Source: Hormiphora californensis (taxonomy: Eukaryota; Animalia; Ctenophora). From it: a DNA stretch of 64,000 bases. This document shows positions 51,573 to 64,000 of this stretch, piece after piece. Each line of letters starts with the position of its first letter. Positions within the stretch are counted from its first letter, which is position 1. The stretch covers positions 4,650,001 to 4,714,000 of the forward strand of contig CM035362.1 of NCBI GenBank assembly GCA_020137815.1, read 5' to 3'. The notes under the pieces are model-generated. The model did no database searches, was not told where the DNA came from, and saw only the letters and a list, made by a program, of their open reading frames with translations. Position numbers and translations under genes: made by a program.

Positions 51573-54500
51573 AGAAAAGGGATAGAAGAGTAGAGGGGTA
51601 GATCAAAGATGAGCAAATTGTTGCTTAAAAATTTTAAGGCAGAAGAATTAGCAGCCTAAAAGAAGAGAGGAGCAAGGACTTTAAATTATTCCGTGCACAT
51701 TGAGAGCATTTGATTAAACATGGCATCTCTGATCACCGTCCGTCCCTTCTTTTGTTTCCTCTTTCATCTCCCTTGTGTGCAGCGGTTCGGTTATAGATCC
51801 TTTTCCACCGCGATTACATACCTTTTCTCCATCTCCCTATATTATAGTTTCACTGTGATCATCCATAGCTTGAGTCAAGAAACGTTCTACTTATTGAACC
51901 TGCAAGCAGCTGAACTCCGTGCTTCCTCTCTTCTTGGCCTGGGTATCTAGCAGCTTTTCGCATTTGAAAAGTTTTGCGGTTTTTGAAAAGCACGCGGCCG
52001 GGAATCACGCCCAATTTGCATATTTAAATTAGGGTCCTTGTTGCACCCGGTGATCGTATCACGTGATCCCACGGCACGCAACGGACCTCTATTGTCCCTC
52101 TCACACCCCCCCCCTCCTCCTTCCCCCGTCCCCCCCTCTCCCCCTCCGTCTCTCTCTCTCTCTCTTCTTCCCCTCTTCTTCTCTCTCTCTTCCCCCTCCT
52201 TCATCCTAATTTCCCTCAACAACCCCCGCCTATGTCTGACCCTTAAAAAACCGGGGCCCAAAATTTTTAGAAAGCTCTACTCATTTTGGGCCCCTTTTTT
52301 GGGACGTTTCACCCCCCCAGATCATTTACTTTTCCATAGCTCAGTGAAATTTAGGGGCCGATAGGATCTATTTAAAAAGAGATTTTTTAATTTTATAATT
52401 AGTTTTAGGGGGGATTTTTTTTGGTCCTTATAGTTAGGGGGGTATTCAATTTGTGGTGCATTATCATAGTAGAATTGCTACTTAGTAACTCCCTTTATTT
52501 TGCCACCCCTTTCTCAACAGTAGTTTCTGCGGGGCTTTAAAACGTCCCTCATTTTTGCGGGGGGACAGCGGCGGGGACTGACCCTCCCATTTGTATCGCA
52601 GCCAGCTAAAGTAATTTTTCCTTTTTGTCGGGGGGGGGGGGGGGGGGGGAAAAAGGGGGGGTCGGCTGGCCTCGATTGGGGAGGCGGGACCCTTGTTATT
52701 GCAATGATACTGCTCATTTCCCCCTTCCCTGCTTTTTTAAGCACAGCACAAAATTGAGTCCCATGATACAGGGTGGCCCATAGAATATGTGAGTCCCCAT
52801 ATATTTAGTGATCAATTCTTCTAAAAATTCAAAAGAGAGCAGAGAGCGAGAGAGAAGAGAGAGAGAGAGAGAAGAAGAGCTTATCTTATATCTCTCTCTC
52901 TCTTCTTATCACTATATTGTCCCATCACCACCCCCTGGCCTATTTCATGTATGGCCCATTAAAACCCGGGGCCTAATTCTTAGAAAGCTCTCACTCAGTC
53001 GTAGCCCCATTCTTTCTGGGACGTTGCTTACTAGCATCATTTACTCTGTATTACTATTATCATAGAACTCAGCTGAATTCAGGGGCCGAGTAGGTATCTA
53101 ATTTAAATGAGATTATTTAATTTCATGAATTAGTTGAGTGGGGGTATTTAATTTGGTTCGTTTTATAGTTGAGTGGGGGTATTCAATTTGTGGTGCATCA
53201 TTATAGTATAATTATAGTAGAATTATAGTAGAATTGCTACTTAGTATCTACTCATGTTGTCCACCCCTTTCTCAACAAGTAGTTGCAGCAGGGACGACGG
53301 ACTTTAATAATGTCTCGACTCTCTGTGGGGGGACAGCGGCAGGGGACGACCTTCCTCATTTGCTACTCGCGGCGCACCTAAAGTAATTGTTCCTTTAGGT
53401 CGGGGGGGGGGGGAGTGGGGGGGGGGGGGGAAGACGGGGGGGGGGGGGGAGGCTGGCTGCATGATTGCGAGGTCGGCCGACCCTTAGTTTTAAATGTTAC
53501 TGCTTTCATTTCCTCTTCCTGCTTTTAAGCAGACCCCAATATTGATTCCCATGTACAGGGGGCCCATAAAAAAATATGTGAGTCCCCATTTTTACTCAAT
53601 TCCCCCCTCCCCAAACTTGGGTCCTAATTCTGCCATATATTTTTTTATGCTGCACCATAAATCATTCCCAGTAGCAATTCCTATATTCTCCGCCCCATCC
53701 AAAATATGCTGGCGTACTAGGCTCATTCTATCCGGAAAGTATAAGCATATTTGGTTTCACAATGACAATGACGAAATTTGGTCCAATTGACGTTGGTAAC
53801 GACCTCAGCTTGCCAAACAAAGAGCTCGTTACCAACCTCAGTTTGCCTTTGTAATTGTATGGCGATCAAAGCACTGATATAGCTGATCGGTTTAGTTAGA
53901 GTGTACGCCTAAATGCATGATTAGACGTATCGTTTTTCCTTTTAAAAACCCCAAATTTAGGGAGAGGGGGTCGTTATATATTCCCGGGCCCTTTTGTTTT
54001 TTCGTTTTTATTGATGTTCCATTGGTGGTTTTTATGAAAGCAGTACGGGATAACATTTGTATGGGTCCCCACAAACAACACGAGGTTTTTCCGATAACAA
54101 CTCGTAGATATGTACCCATGACAACTGCCGTGGTATGGTGCCCTGACAAACTCCCGGCCTGGCGGTGCGAATGCTGACGTCACTCCCGTGAGTTTGTGGA
54201 ACATTTTTTTTTGGGGGCGCCACTCACCGGGGGGGGCTGGAGCCGCGACACGTGCTGGCCCCCAGATCCCCCTGACCTTGAGTCACCCTCACAAGTACCC
54301 CCCGGAAGGGGAGATCGAGCCTGGTGATACTTCAAAAAATGATGGCAGATAAAATCGCAAGATCCATAATGTCGGGCGATCTGCAGTGGTGGATCGATTT
54401 GGGGCAAGGATCTCGTACCCCTCTCTATCTCTTTCTATCTCTATCTGTCCCCCCCTCTCTCTCTTCTCTCTTCTCTCTATCTCTCTCCTTTTCTCTCTCT

Positions 54501-55326
54501 CTCTTTTCTTTTTTTTTCTCTCCCTCGGCCTTGAAAATATCGAACGGTATCCCGTAGGAGCTTATAGTAAACCTAAAAAGGGTATTGGCTCTATGCCCCC
54601 ATGTTTTCCCCAGTACTATTTCCTTCCCCCTTTCCTTTCTCTCCCCTTTTCTCTCTCTCCCCCTCTTCTCTCGCTCTTCTCTCCTCTCTCTCTCTTTTTT
54701 CTCGACCCAATAGCCCTTTTCCCCCCCGTTTTTACACTGCCCCTGTTAGCTATCGTTTTTAGGCACAGATCGCGATCGTTCTATGGTCAGTTCTTGTATC
54801 TACCAAGTTCATCTGTTCCATATATGTCTACTTTGTGCAATCTCTTGCGATATTTCCCGTGACCAGTTTTTATTGCGAAACATTTTAGTTTTTATCATCA
54901 ATGGACTCTTTTTTTGTCTGGTACTAGAACGAGTTCGCTATAGTATAGGGCTTTTCTGAAAATCATTTTTCGAAAAGCAACCAGGTGTTCCAGGGAAAAA
55001 TATCGCAACGGCCGGGAAAATGAACGAGAAGGAAAAAAAAAAATGGATAATATTGGGTTTGGGCATACTAACAACCTGGGCATTCTCCCCTTTAAGCCAA
55101 ATTAAAAAATTGGGCTAGAAAAAATTGGTTTTTAAAACGATAAAACTCGTTTGTAATCGAGAATTTTCGAGACAGGATTTATAGACTCTATAAAATAGAG
55201 CCCTATATGTAACAGAGTCTGACTGTGGTCCGAAAACCCACATCTCAACGCGGAGTTTTTTAATTAGCCTTTCATTTTCAAGACGAATTTGACACAACTA
55301 AAACCAGAGAGCTTTTTTTCTTATCG

Positions 55327-55458
55327 GGAAGTCTGGGTGATGGGTCCATTCATTTTTCGGTGCGTGAGCCAATCAGAGGCCAGAATTTCGAAATACAGGA
55401 CGATCTAATTGGCGCACGCACCGAAAAATGACCAAAAATAATAAGCCCAGACTTTCCA
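55327..55458. repeat. Small imperfect inverted-repeat element
   Basis: aagtctggg..catttttcggtgcgtg / cacgcaccgaaaaatg..cccagactt. Confidence 0.6.
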
Positions 55459-58400
55459 TATGATGGAAAGATAAATTGCTTTGGATTCGTCTTGACAAGC
55501 TTATTCAAAAAGGCTGGGGATTTGAACACCTAACCACCAGTCAGAAACAAATGATTTATGCTTAAAATTTTTAAAGACCGCCAAACAAATAGATAGTTTG
55601 TCCGGCATATTCATTAGATAGTTTCGTCAACCCTTCCCTTTTTAATTATTTGTATGATTAAAATATATGATCGTGACCAAACCACAGGTCCTAGTATTTA
55701 TTTAGACTTAGTATTTATGACCTAAATAATTATGTCCTACTTATTTATGACCTAAATAATTATCTTCTTTTTGTTCTGCTTTTGAGAGGAGCTCTGACCA
55801 CTTTCAACCGATTTTATTTTTAGGTCAAAAAATTTTTTCCCCATACGAAAATTCGAAGGGGTTTGGGAGGGGGAGGGGTGTGTATACCCCCGTGGGCTAT
55901 TATAACGTGTGGAATTGCAGCATCGCTTAAGGCAGTGGTTTTAAAAAAAATTTTTGACGAGAGCTGTACATTAAAAACAAAAATTGGGGGAACATGTTAA
56001 GATATATACCCACTAAGTGGGGAAAAGTGCCTTTATGGCGTGATTTGTTCTGCCTCTTTAAGGGCTCTGTGGACTTTAATTCATCTCTCCTATTTTGTGA
56101 GGGGGGCCCAACTAGACGGGTTTTAAAACCCCCCGGGGAAAAGCTTAGCCTAGGGGGGCAAATCAGGGGGCCCGGGGAAAGGGGGAGGGGGGGGGAGGGA
56201 GAGGAGGGGAAAAGCGAGAAAAGAAGGGGGGAGAAAAAAGAAGGAAAGGGGAGGCGAGAGAGGGGGGACAGAGAGAAGGAGGAGAGAGAGGGGGGGAGAG
56301 AGAGGAGAAAGGAGGAGAAGAGAGAAGGGGAGAGGGAGGGCGGGGAGAGAGAGAAGGGAAAACCCGGGGAGGGGAGAGAGGAGAGGGATAGAGGGGAGGG
56401 GAGGGAGGGAGGTAGAGAGAGGGGAGAGAGAGAGAGGGGAGAGAGAGGAGAGAGAGAGGGAGAGGGGAGAGAGAGAGAGGAGAGGGGAGGGGAGAGGGGA
56501 GAGGGGGGGGAGAGAGAAAGAATGGGGAGAGTTTCGTTTTTTAGCTCCTAGGGGCCTAGAAGATTTGAGAATAAAAAGGGCGGTTTTCCCGAGGGCCCCC
56601 CCCAACTTGTTATTAATTAACAATTTAACAAATGAAAAAGGAAAACTAGGGGAATATTTAAAATTAAATGGTACTTTTAGTGCTTATATTTTTTCCCTCT
56701 CACTCAAAACCCCCCCCTCCCTTCGCCTTTTTCTACGTTTTACTTTCCCCTTTCCCTTATTATTATAATAGAAAACCCCTCTTAAATTAATTAAAAACGA
56801 TCCATGGAAACTTCAGCTGGAAAGAGATTTATTACTTTTTAGAAATATTGCCCCTCCTACATCCGGTTTTACCGTGATAAAAAACCCCGTGAGGGGAGGG
56901 AGAGAGAAGGGGGGAGAGGGAGCAGAGAGAGAGGGAGGGACGGGGAGGGGAGAGGGGAGAGAGGAGAGGAAAAGAGGGAGGGGGAGAGGGAAGGGGGGGG
57001 AGGGGGGAGAGAGAGGGGGAGAGGCTTCCTGAAAATTTAAACTATTTGATTTTAAAGAACTTTTTTATTTAGGGTTACAAAAACCATGGGAAAATTATTA
57101 ATTAACTTTAAAATCGCCCCCCCCCCCCCTAAGTTTTGGGGGGAACCTTTTTAAAAATTTCACTTCTCAGTCTGATCTCATAATCTTTGTTCGACTTATA
57201 TGAGGGGATAAATTTTGATTCAATGTAATAAAATGGGCTTGCTTAGTTTAAATTTAAATCTTTTTTTTTTATGAAATAACTTCACCCGCGAATTTGTTTT
57301 GAAACCATAAAAATTTTTCAATTTTTATGGGTGCGGAAAATAAAGTCTTCTAGGTTCTAACTGTCGACTGAGTCAGGAGTCCCCTTTTTAACTTGTCCAG
57401 CCCCGGGGCGTGGGCCAACCCAAGGGAAATACGATTATACTCACACTATTTAGGGCTCCAGGATACGACCCCATAATGCTATTATTCTTGCCCCAGTATA
57501 AAACCTGGGGTACCCAGTGCATGTGTGTTACGGTAAGCTATGAGTTCAGTATCCAAGTGCTTGTTGGTTAAATGACATGACAACAAAAAGCAGTTTTGGT
57601 TTTATACTTGCAGCCCCATTGATGTGTAGCGGTGATGGCAAAAAAGTACCATAGTTGACTATTCCCCTGATATGAGGGGGGGAAAAGGAGGGAAAAGGAA
57701 AAGGGGGGAGAGAAAAAGGGGAGAGAAAGGGGAGAAAAAGGGAAGGGGGAAGGGGGAAATGGGAAGGGAGATAAAAGAGAGTTTTAGAAAGAGGAGAGAA
57801 GAGATAGAGAGAGACAGAGAGAGGAAAAAAAAAAGATTGTAGAGGAGGGGGTTTTTAGAAGTGGTAAAAATAAAATTTTGGCAATTTGGAAAAAAATTTT
57901 TTTAAACTTTTCCATCCCCCCTTTATTATGCCTTTAAAATTTTTGAAGTGGGGTGCTTGGCCTAGAATATCCAGCTACATCCGCGTTACAAACTGGAACC
58001 TTTTGGTTCAGTTGGTTAACCCCTATTTGCGTGGAAAGGGAGATTTCCCTTTTTGGTCTGGGGTAAAAAAGTCCTTGCCAATTCCTCCCTTCAAAAAAAA
58101 AATTTCCAGCCCCAACCCGTTTTTTTAAAAACGGGTTTTATTTTTTGGTTTTTTTAACCGGGCAGGTTGTTGGGCCCCTTCCCCCCCCAAAATTTCCCAA
58201 AAAACATAAAAATTAGCCCTTTTTGCCCCGGGTTTAATGCCCACTCAATCCCGGAACCGTCCCCCCAAAAAATATGGGGAAAGGGGGGTGTGGGCACACC
58301 CCCCCCCCCCAAGGGAATGGGGGGGCCCCTTTTAAATCGTGGGGGGAGGGGAGAGAGAGACAGAGAGAAAGGGGAAAGGGGGAAAAAGGGGAAAGAAGAA

Positions 58401-61400
58401 GAAAAGGGGGAAATTTGGGGGGGGATGGAGTTTGGGGAGAGGGGGAAAAGAGAGAAAGAAAAGGGGGGGGGAGGGAAAGGGGAAATAGTAAAAAATTTAA
58501 TCAAACAGGGTACGTCCCCAATCAAAGAAATGGGTTGAAATAGAAAACAATGGGATTTAATGTGGGGGTTATTATCACTCCCCCGGCCCCACCTTAGCTC
58601 CATTTAGTGGGGTTTTTGTCCCGCCATCCAGATGAGTGTCTATTTTGGGTTTTTTAATTGAATTTTAAATTGTTAGTAAAAGTCCCCAAGTTCTTTTTTC
58701 CTCTCTCTCTCTCTCTTTCTCTCCTTCTTCCTTTTCTATCTTCGAAAATCTCGCTCTTTTTCTCTGATGTGGGGCTTCGAGGGGGGCCCCCTGTCGTGTT
58801 TTCCTTACCCATCAAAAAGGAGTCCATTTTTATTGTTATAGGTTTTTTTAGATTTTTCATTTTTCTGGGAAAAACACCTCTCTAAATATTGTAACGAATT
58901 ATTGTTTTTTTTTGAAGTAGTAGAATAATGGGTTTAAAATAAACTTTTTTAAAACAGTGTCGCCCTACTTTTCCTTTTTAAACCCCCCAATTATATACTG
59001 AAATTTTGCGCGAGCCCAGTTTGGCTATTTTTAGTATGGGGGGTTTTTCTTTTTTTGGGTTTTATTTTATAGAATTCCAAGGAATTGTTTGGGTTTGTTT
59101 TTCCCCACCGTTCTTTCTTTTTTTCCCCTTTCCCCCAGCCAAAGATCTTTCTAAATCCCAAAAACTTAATGTTTCCCCTTTTCATGTAAATTGGACTCAA
59201 ATTAGTAAGAAACATTAAATGTTGTACTTTCAAGTCAACCTCATTTTGGAGTCCACAATGAGAGGAAATGAGTTTTAAATTTGCATCCTGCATCTAACGC
59301 AATTGCATTTCAGGCCATTTAATGAATGGCCTGAAATAAATAAATGGCCTAGTTCAATTTATTGTTTGCAATTAATAGTGTCGAATTACCTTCTTTGTCC
59401 TTGAGGGGTCATTTCGGCATTTATCAATGCAAAAGTACGGTGGGTTTTGAACAGCGTCACTTTAGAATTGGTAAATGATAATGTTTCATAGATTGTTTCA
59501 ATAGGTTTCAATAGCTTCTTTGATTCGTGCATTGGAGTCAAGGGGGGGGGGTGGTTTGGGGGGAAACCGGGCATGAATATAATATTTAGAAATCCAGTAA
59601 ATGGGATAGAAGGAGCAGCACATCTATTGTATGAACACCGGGTGGAATAATGGGGGAATAATGGCAATATTCATGGGTTAATTTCACTTTCAACAAGTTT
59701 TGGACATCCGGGAATCTTTTTAATGGACTTCCCGTTGCCATGGTCCTGCATTGTAAATGTTATTGTTGTAAGGGGCGGACTATATTTATTGTGGGGGCAA
59801 TCCAATATTCAGAATGAGGAAATGAGGAATGAAATATATTAATCGGAAGCCGAATTTGAAAAGGTGGCAGTTGCACTTTGATGCAATTCGTCCAAGGAAG
59901 TTGAGTTTGCCTACTGTACTGGCTAAACATGCCAATGTATATTCAATGTGAATCCTAAAGATTGTTATCGCTTCTCTATAATACTTCTCTTTTTCCAAAA
60001 TTCAGAGGTTAATTTCTCTTCTTCTCTCCTCCTTCATTCTTTATCTCCTATCTTTTAAGTATTTCCGTATTGGAGCTAAATGTACTCTTTGTGGTATTCT
60101 CTACAATAGTTTACCCTTTTTTTCCGTGGGACTTCCAGTATTTGTACCAGCTTCCCATTTATAGTTCCGGTACTTTTATACATGTGCATGTAGTTCTGGC
60201 CCCGTAGTTTTGTTACCATATTTGTGCTATTGTCCTTTTCAACGGTTCCCCCCCCCTTTCTGGGGTTAAAATGGGGCCGAGTTTTCTATTCCTTTGGTTT
60301 TACCCTTTGGGACTATCCAGATATTGTCTATTCTTTAAAATTCTGGTTTTTTATTGTCTCTCTTTTTCCCTCGTCGGGGGTGCCTTGGGGGCTAGTCGCC
60401 CCAAAACCAGGCTTTTTCTTTTCCCCCCTCTCCCCCTTTCTTTTTCTCTCGGAGTCTCCTTTATCCTCGCTTCTCTCTCTCTCTCCTCTCCCCCCTCTTT
60501 AATTGGGCTCTATCTAATGGAAAGAGGTTTTTAGTATTTGGGCGAGGGGGCCTCTAATCCGATGAACGAGGGGTTTTCATGAGGGGCAATAAACCCCGCT
60601 TAACGGGCGCGGTTTTTTGCAGGACGGGGTTTGGGGTTATAAGTAGGTATTAAATAGGGCCCTATCAAATACCAGCTTTCCCCCCTTTATAGGTTTTTAA
60701 ATAGCACCGCGGGGGTTTGTTTTGGTTGGGTAATAGGAATTTTCCGCAATCAAAAAAACCAGTAACAATATTGTTTTTGGGTTTAAATTGTTTTTTGCGG
60801 GACCCGTGCGAAAAGGGAACGGGTTAAAATTTTCCATCAAAAGACCGATAAAAGCATTGGAGTCCCTATGGGTTAGGGCCTTTAAAAATGTTCGGGGCCC
60901 AACTAGCCGGGGGGGCGGAAAATTGGCTCGGAACTTTGGGTGGAATTCCCGAATGCAAAATAGGCCCTCCATTTTTTCCCTTTTGTTTAACTATTTTTAA
61001 ATTGGAATGCCATGAGAATTTTCAAACCCCCTATAGGGAAAATTTTCCTAACGATCGGACTGTTGCAAATTAATTATAATGCTAAGCGCTAAAAATTTTA
61101 TTCCCTGCACCAGTTGCACCATTCCCAAACCCATTCTCGCTTCGTGTGAGATCGATCTCAGTGGCGTGCGATCTCGCCTTGTTTTCCCATGTCCCCAACC
61201 CCTTTAAAGTTGCTATAACACTCAGAAAAATTTGAATTTTGGGAAAAAAAAATGCCATTTTTTTTTTTTGGGCCTTGTTTTTTAAAACCCCCCAAACTTT
61301 TTTTTCCCCCCCCTTTTTTCTTTTTGTTTTTCCTTTTTTAAAACTCCTCCTTCGTTTCCCTGTTTTTTCCCCTCTCTCCTTCTTTCCCCTCTCTCCCCCT

Positions 61401-62267
61401 CGCTTCTTCCTCTTTTCCCTTTTTTTCCCCCCCCTTTTTCTCCTTTTTAATCTTTTTTTTTCCCCCCCTTTCTCTCCCCTTTTCCCTTTCTCCGCTCGTT
61501 CTCCTTCTCCCTCTCCTTTCCCCCTCTCTCTCCTCTTTCTCCCCCCCCCTTTCCTCCCTCCCCCTCTCTTTTTGTTTTCGGTTTGCTCGTCCTTTTGGGC
61601 CCCCATTAGAAAATCATGCCATATTTCACTTGGTTGACGTTTTATTAAATGATTTTTAAAACGTTAACATTATTTCTTTCATTGTTTAACATATTTAATA
61701 TACGAAAGCTACATATACATGCCTTGTCTGGCATGTAACCTAGTGATAATAAAATTTGGAAAGGGGGGGGGAAAGGGGAAAGAAAAAAGAAAAACTAAAA
61801 AGAGGGAAGGGGAGGAAAAAGGAAGAGGGAAAAATTTTTTTTTTTTATTGTCTTGAAAAAATTTTTTTTGGGGTATATCCCCCCCCTCCGGGTTTTTTTT
61901 TTTTCCCTTGCTTTTTCCCCCTACCCCCCCCTCGGTTGGCTTATAAATTAATAAAAAAACGACCATTTTGAAGTTTTATTTTCCCCCCCTTTCTTGACAT
62001 ATGATACTTTTTATTTCAGTCAGATTTGCTAAGTGTTTTCTTAAGTTTTACAATCTGGTTCACCAATTTATATGTGAATTGCAAGTTACATAAATTGCTC
62101 ATTTTTATTAATCTCCCAAAGTTAACTAATCCCTTATTAATTTCAATTCTCTTCGCTAAATTTACTAATCACTAATTAATTACAAATTTTTTTTATATTT
62201 ACTAATCACTAACCACTAATTAATTTCCTATAGCAAGTTTCAAGTTTCCAATCCCATCAACACCATC

Positions 62268-63000
62268 ATGCCTATGAAGAGAGTTGTCTGTGTGTTCCTT
62301 CTCATCGCCACAGTTATGCATTTCTCAAACGCCAAAAGGTGAATAGTTATCTATTTAATTGTTTAATCAATTATTCAATTAACCAATATTTTGCAATCAG
62401 TTAATTATATAACTAATTATTCTCTATCCAAACACATACCTAATATCACGTACCTTTCCAGTGTGTTGACAGCAGAAGATGATATGGTAGTTGAGAGGTC
62501 TGCAGAGGAAATGATCAACACAGCAGAAGACAACATGCACCTGGAAGAAGAGGAATTGATAGGTAATTAAATAATCAGATAATTAGTTAATAATTAAATA
62601 ATTAGATTAAACAGCTGGTGCAGCTGCATGCATGGATGGTCAGCAAAATTAAAATTTTAATTTCAAACCCAGACACACCCACACCAGCAGTCTCTAACCA
62701 AAGCCCCTTAACTAACCCATGTCTATTTTTAACCAGTTAGAAGGGTTAGGACCGCATCCGAGCTGCATCTCGTTTCTGCCAACTAGTGTTTTTATTTTTA
62801 ACCATTTTCTCTCTAGGTTCCCATGGTAACCCGACTATTTCTCTCTAGGTTCCCATGGTAACCCTTCTATTTCTCTCTCTAGGTTCCCATGGTAACCCGA
62901 CTATTTCTCTCTAGGTTCCCATGGTAACCCTTCTATTTCTCTCCTAGGTTCTGATATCAAGATGAGCCCAAACGAAAACATGTGGGCCGGACGAAAGTAA
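62268..63000 (+). CDS. Amidated neuropeptide precursor, 74 aa; exons 62268-62338, 62462-62562, 62948-63000
   Basis: MPMKRVVCVFLLIATVMHFSNAKSVLTAEDDMVVERSAEEMINTAEDNMHLEEEELIGSDIKMSPNENMWAGRK*. Signal peptide, acidic spacer and terminal G-RK amidation/cleavage signal. Junction phases are consistent. Confidence 0.88.
62805..62947 (+). repeat. Four 32-34 bp tandem units, each duplicating the exon-3 acceptor and containing GTTCCCATGGTAAC
   Basis: ctctag|gttcccatggtaaccc at 62817, 62849, 62883 and 62915. Confidence 0.9.
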
Positions 63001-63190
63001 AGACTCCACTCCTGTTACTTTTAGTATTAGCCCCCCTCCTTCTGATCATCTCCTCCAGTTGAATACTTACTCAACAAAGTATAACCGATATCAAGAGCTC
63101 GATTAGTTCCCCACACACTCTCTCAGTAAAATGCGACTATCATAATATGAGCAAAAACATGTATCTGATCTCTTTCTCTTTGATCATAGT

Positions 63191-63298
63191 CAGAAACCGA
63201 CCGAATCAGGAAATACTGGTCCCTGATTGGCTGATAACCAGTCACGTGACCTAAATAACGAATCTGATTGGTTGTTTACTTGTTTCGGTCGGTTCCTG
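63191..63298 (-). mobile_element. hAT-like MITE (family A), reverse orientation
   Basis: Perfect 8-bp TSD atcatagt at 63183-63190 and 63299-63306. CAG...CTG termini. Confidence 0.92.
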
Positions 63299-64000
63299 AT
63301 CATAGTATAGTTGGTTTCTGAGCTAGTTTTTGATCGGCTGAGCGATCTTCCAGCTGTGTCACACACATTAGAGTTAAAAAAGACATTTTCTTTCTGATAT
63401 ATGAATATATCTAGGGTTCATTTTAGAGGTGCGATGACATCTGGCATCACACATTGAAAGCCAATATATATAGCTGATCTATATAGATTTTCTTTCATCT
63501 GCCCCTAATTCTCTAACTGGCGCCAAAATGTTTTTGTGAAGTTGTGTCACATTTTAAGTTTTTAACCCCTATATACACATGATGAGCGTGTTAACATGGT
63601 TACCATGGTTACCACAGGTTACCATGGTTCCCCACTATAACATATGAACACAGGCCCCAGAACAAAAGGCTTTTTACAGCGTGCAATGATATAGTGTGTG
63701 TGATGTGTGTGCTTTTTTCTGTAAATTGTCCCCCTCTAAGTTATAATGGTGTTAGAATTGTGATTTTTTGCCTATATATATTACTCAATTAGTAACTCTC
63801 TTTTTTGAACAACTATTACACGTGTTTGCCAACGTGCAATATATGTATGTTAGTATATTTGAATATATATTTGATCTTGTATAATGTTATTCATCACGTG
63901 ATCTGATCTGTGTGAGTTAATACCATCTGTCTGGGACAGTTTGGCCCGCACATGATAAGAGATACTATATGGCCCATGATATCTAGTTTTCCTAATATAA

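Noticed and set aside
52240-53590. ~600-bp diverged direct duplication
   Set aside because: Differences are mostly homopolymer and indel noise. Likely two error-rich reads of one locus, and it cannot be interpreted without raw reads.
55900-62000. G/A-rich ORFs and apparent G-quadruplex fields
   Set aside because: Composition is typical of degraded sequence quality around GA repeats, with no coherent exon structure.

Overview
Eukaryotic (animal) genomic DNA with GT-AG introns. It is probably a ctenophore, inferred only from a recalled peptide similarity. I assembled the genes by hand from splice sites. They are: the 5' end of a transferrin-like gene (minus strand), a double F-box/LRR gene, a 9-exon BMP-type R-Smad (Smad1/5/8), a 6-exon TRIP4/ASC-1, a single-exon membrane-anchored protein with TQT-like motifs, a 12-exon disordered+TPR protein, a 7-exon small CaaX protein, and a 3-exon amidated neuropeptide precursor that the ORF track misses. 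Mobile DNA includes an intact L2/CR1-group LINE whose ORF2 has no usable ATG and overlaps ORF1 in the -1 frame behind an in-phase A_AAA_AAC slippery site, TTAA-flanked Kolobok-like foldback elements, hAT-like MITEs with 8-bp TSDs and many micro/minisatellites. The most striking unexplained pattern is that exon-intron junctions are locally duplicated again and again. In three genes an upstream decoy copy of the last acceptor would delete the C-terminal signal (Smad SSVS, CaaX, amidated peptide). One TRIP4 intron appears to be built from a MITE core. Stretches around 28.4-30.1 kb, 41.2-41.3 kb, 43.6-44.8 kb and 52-62 kb look like low-quality consensus, and their ORFs are not trusted.
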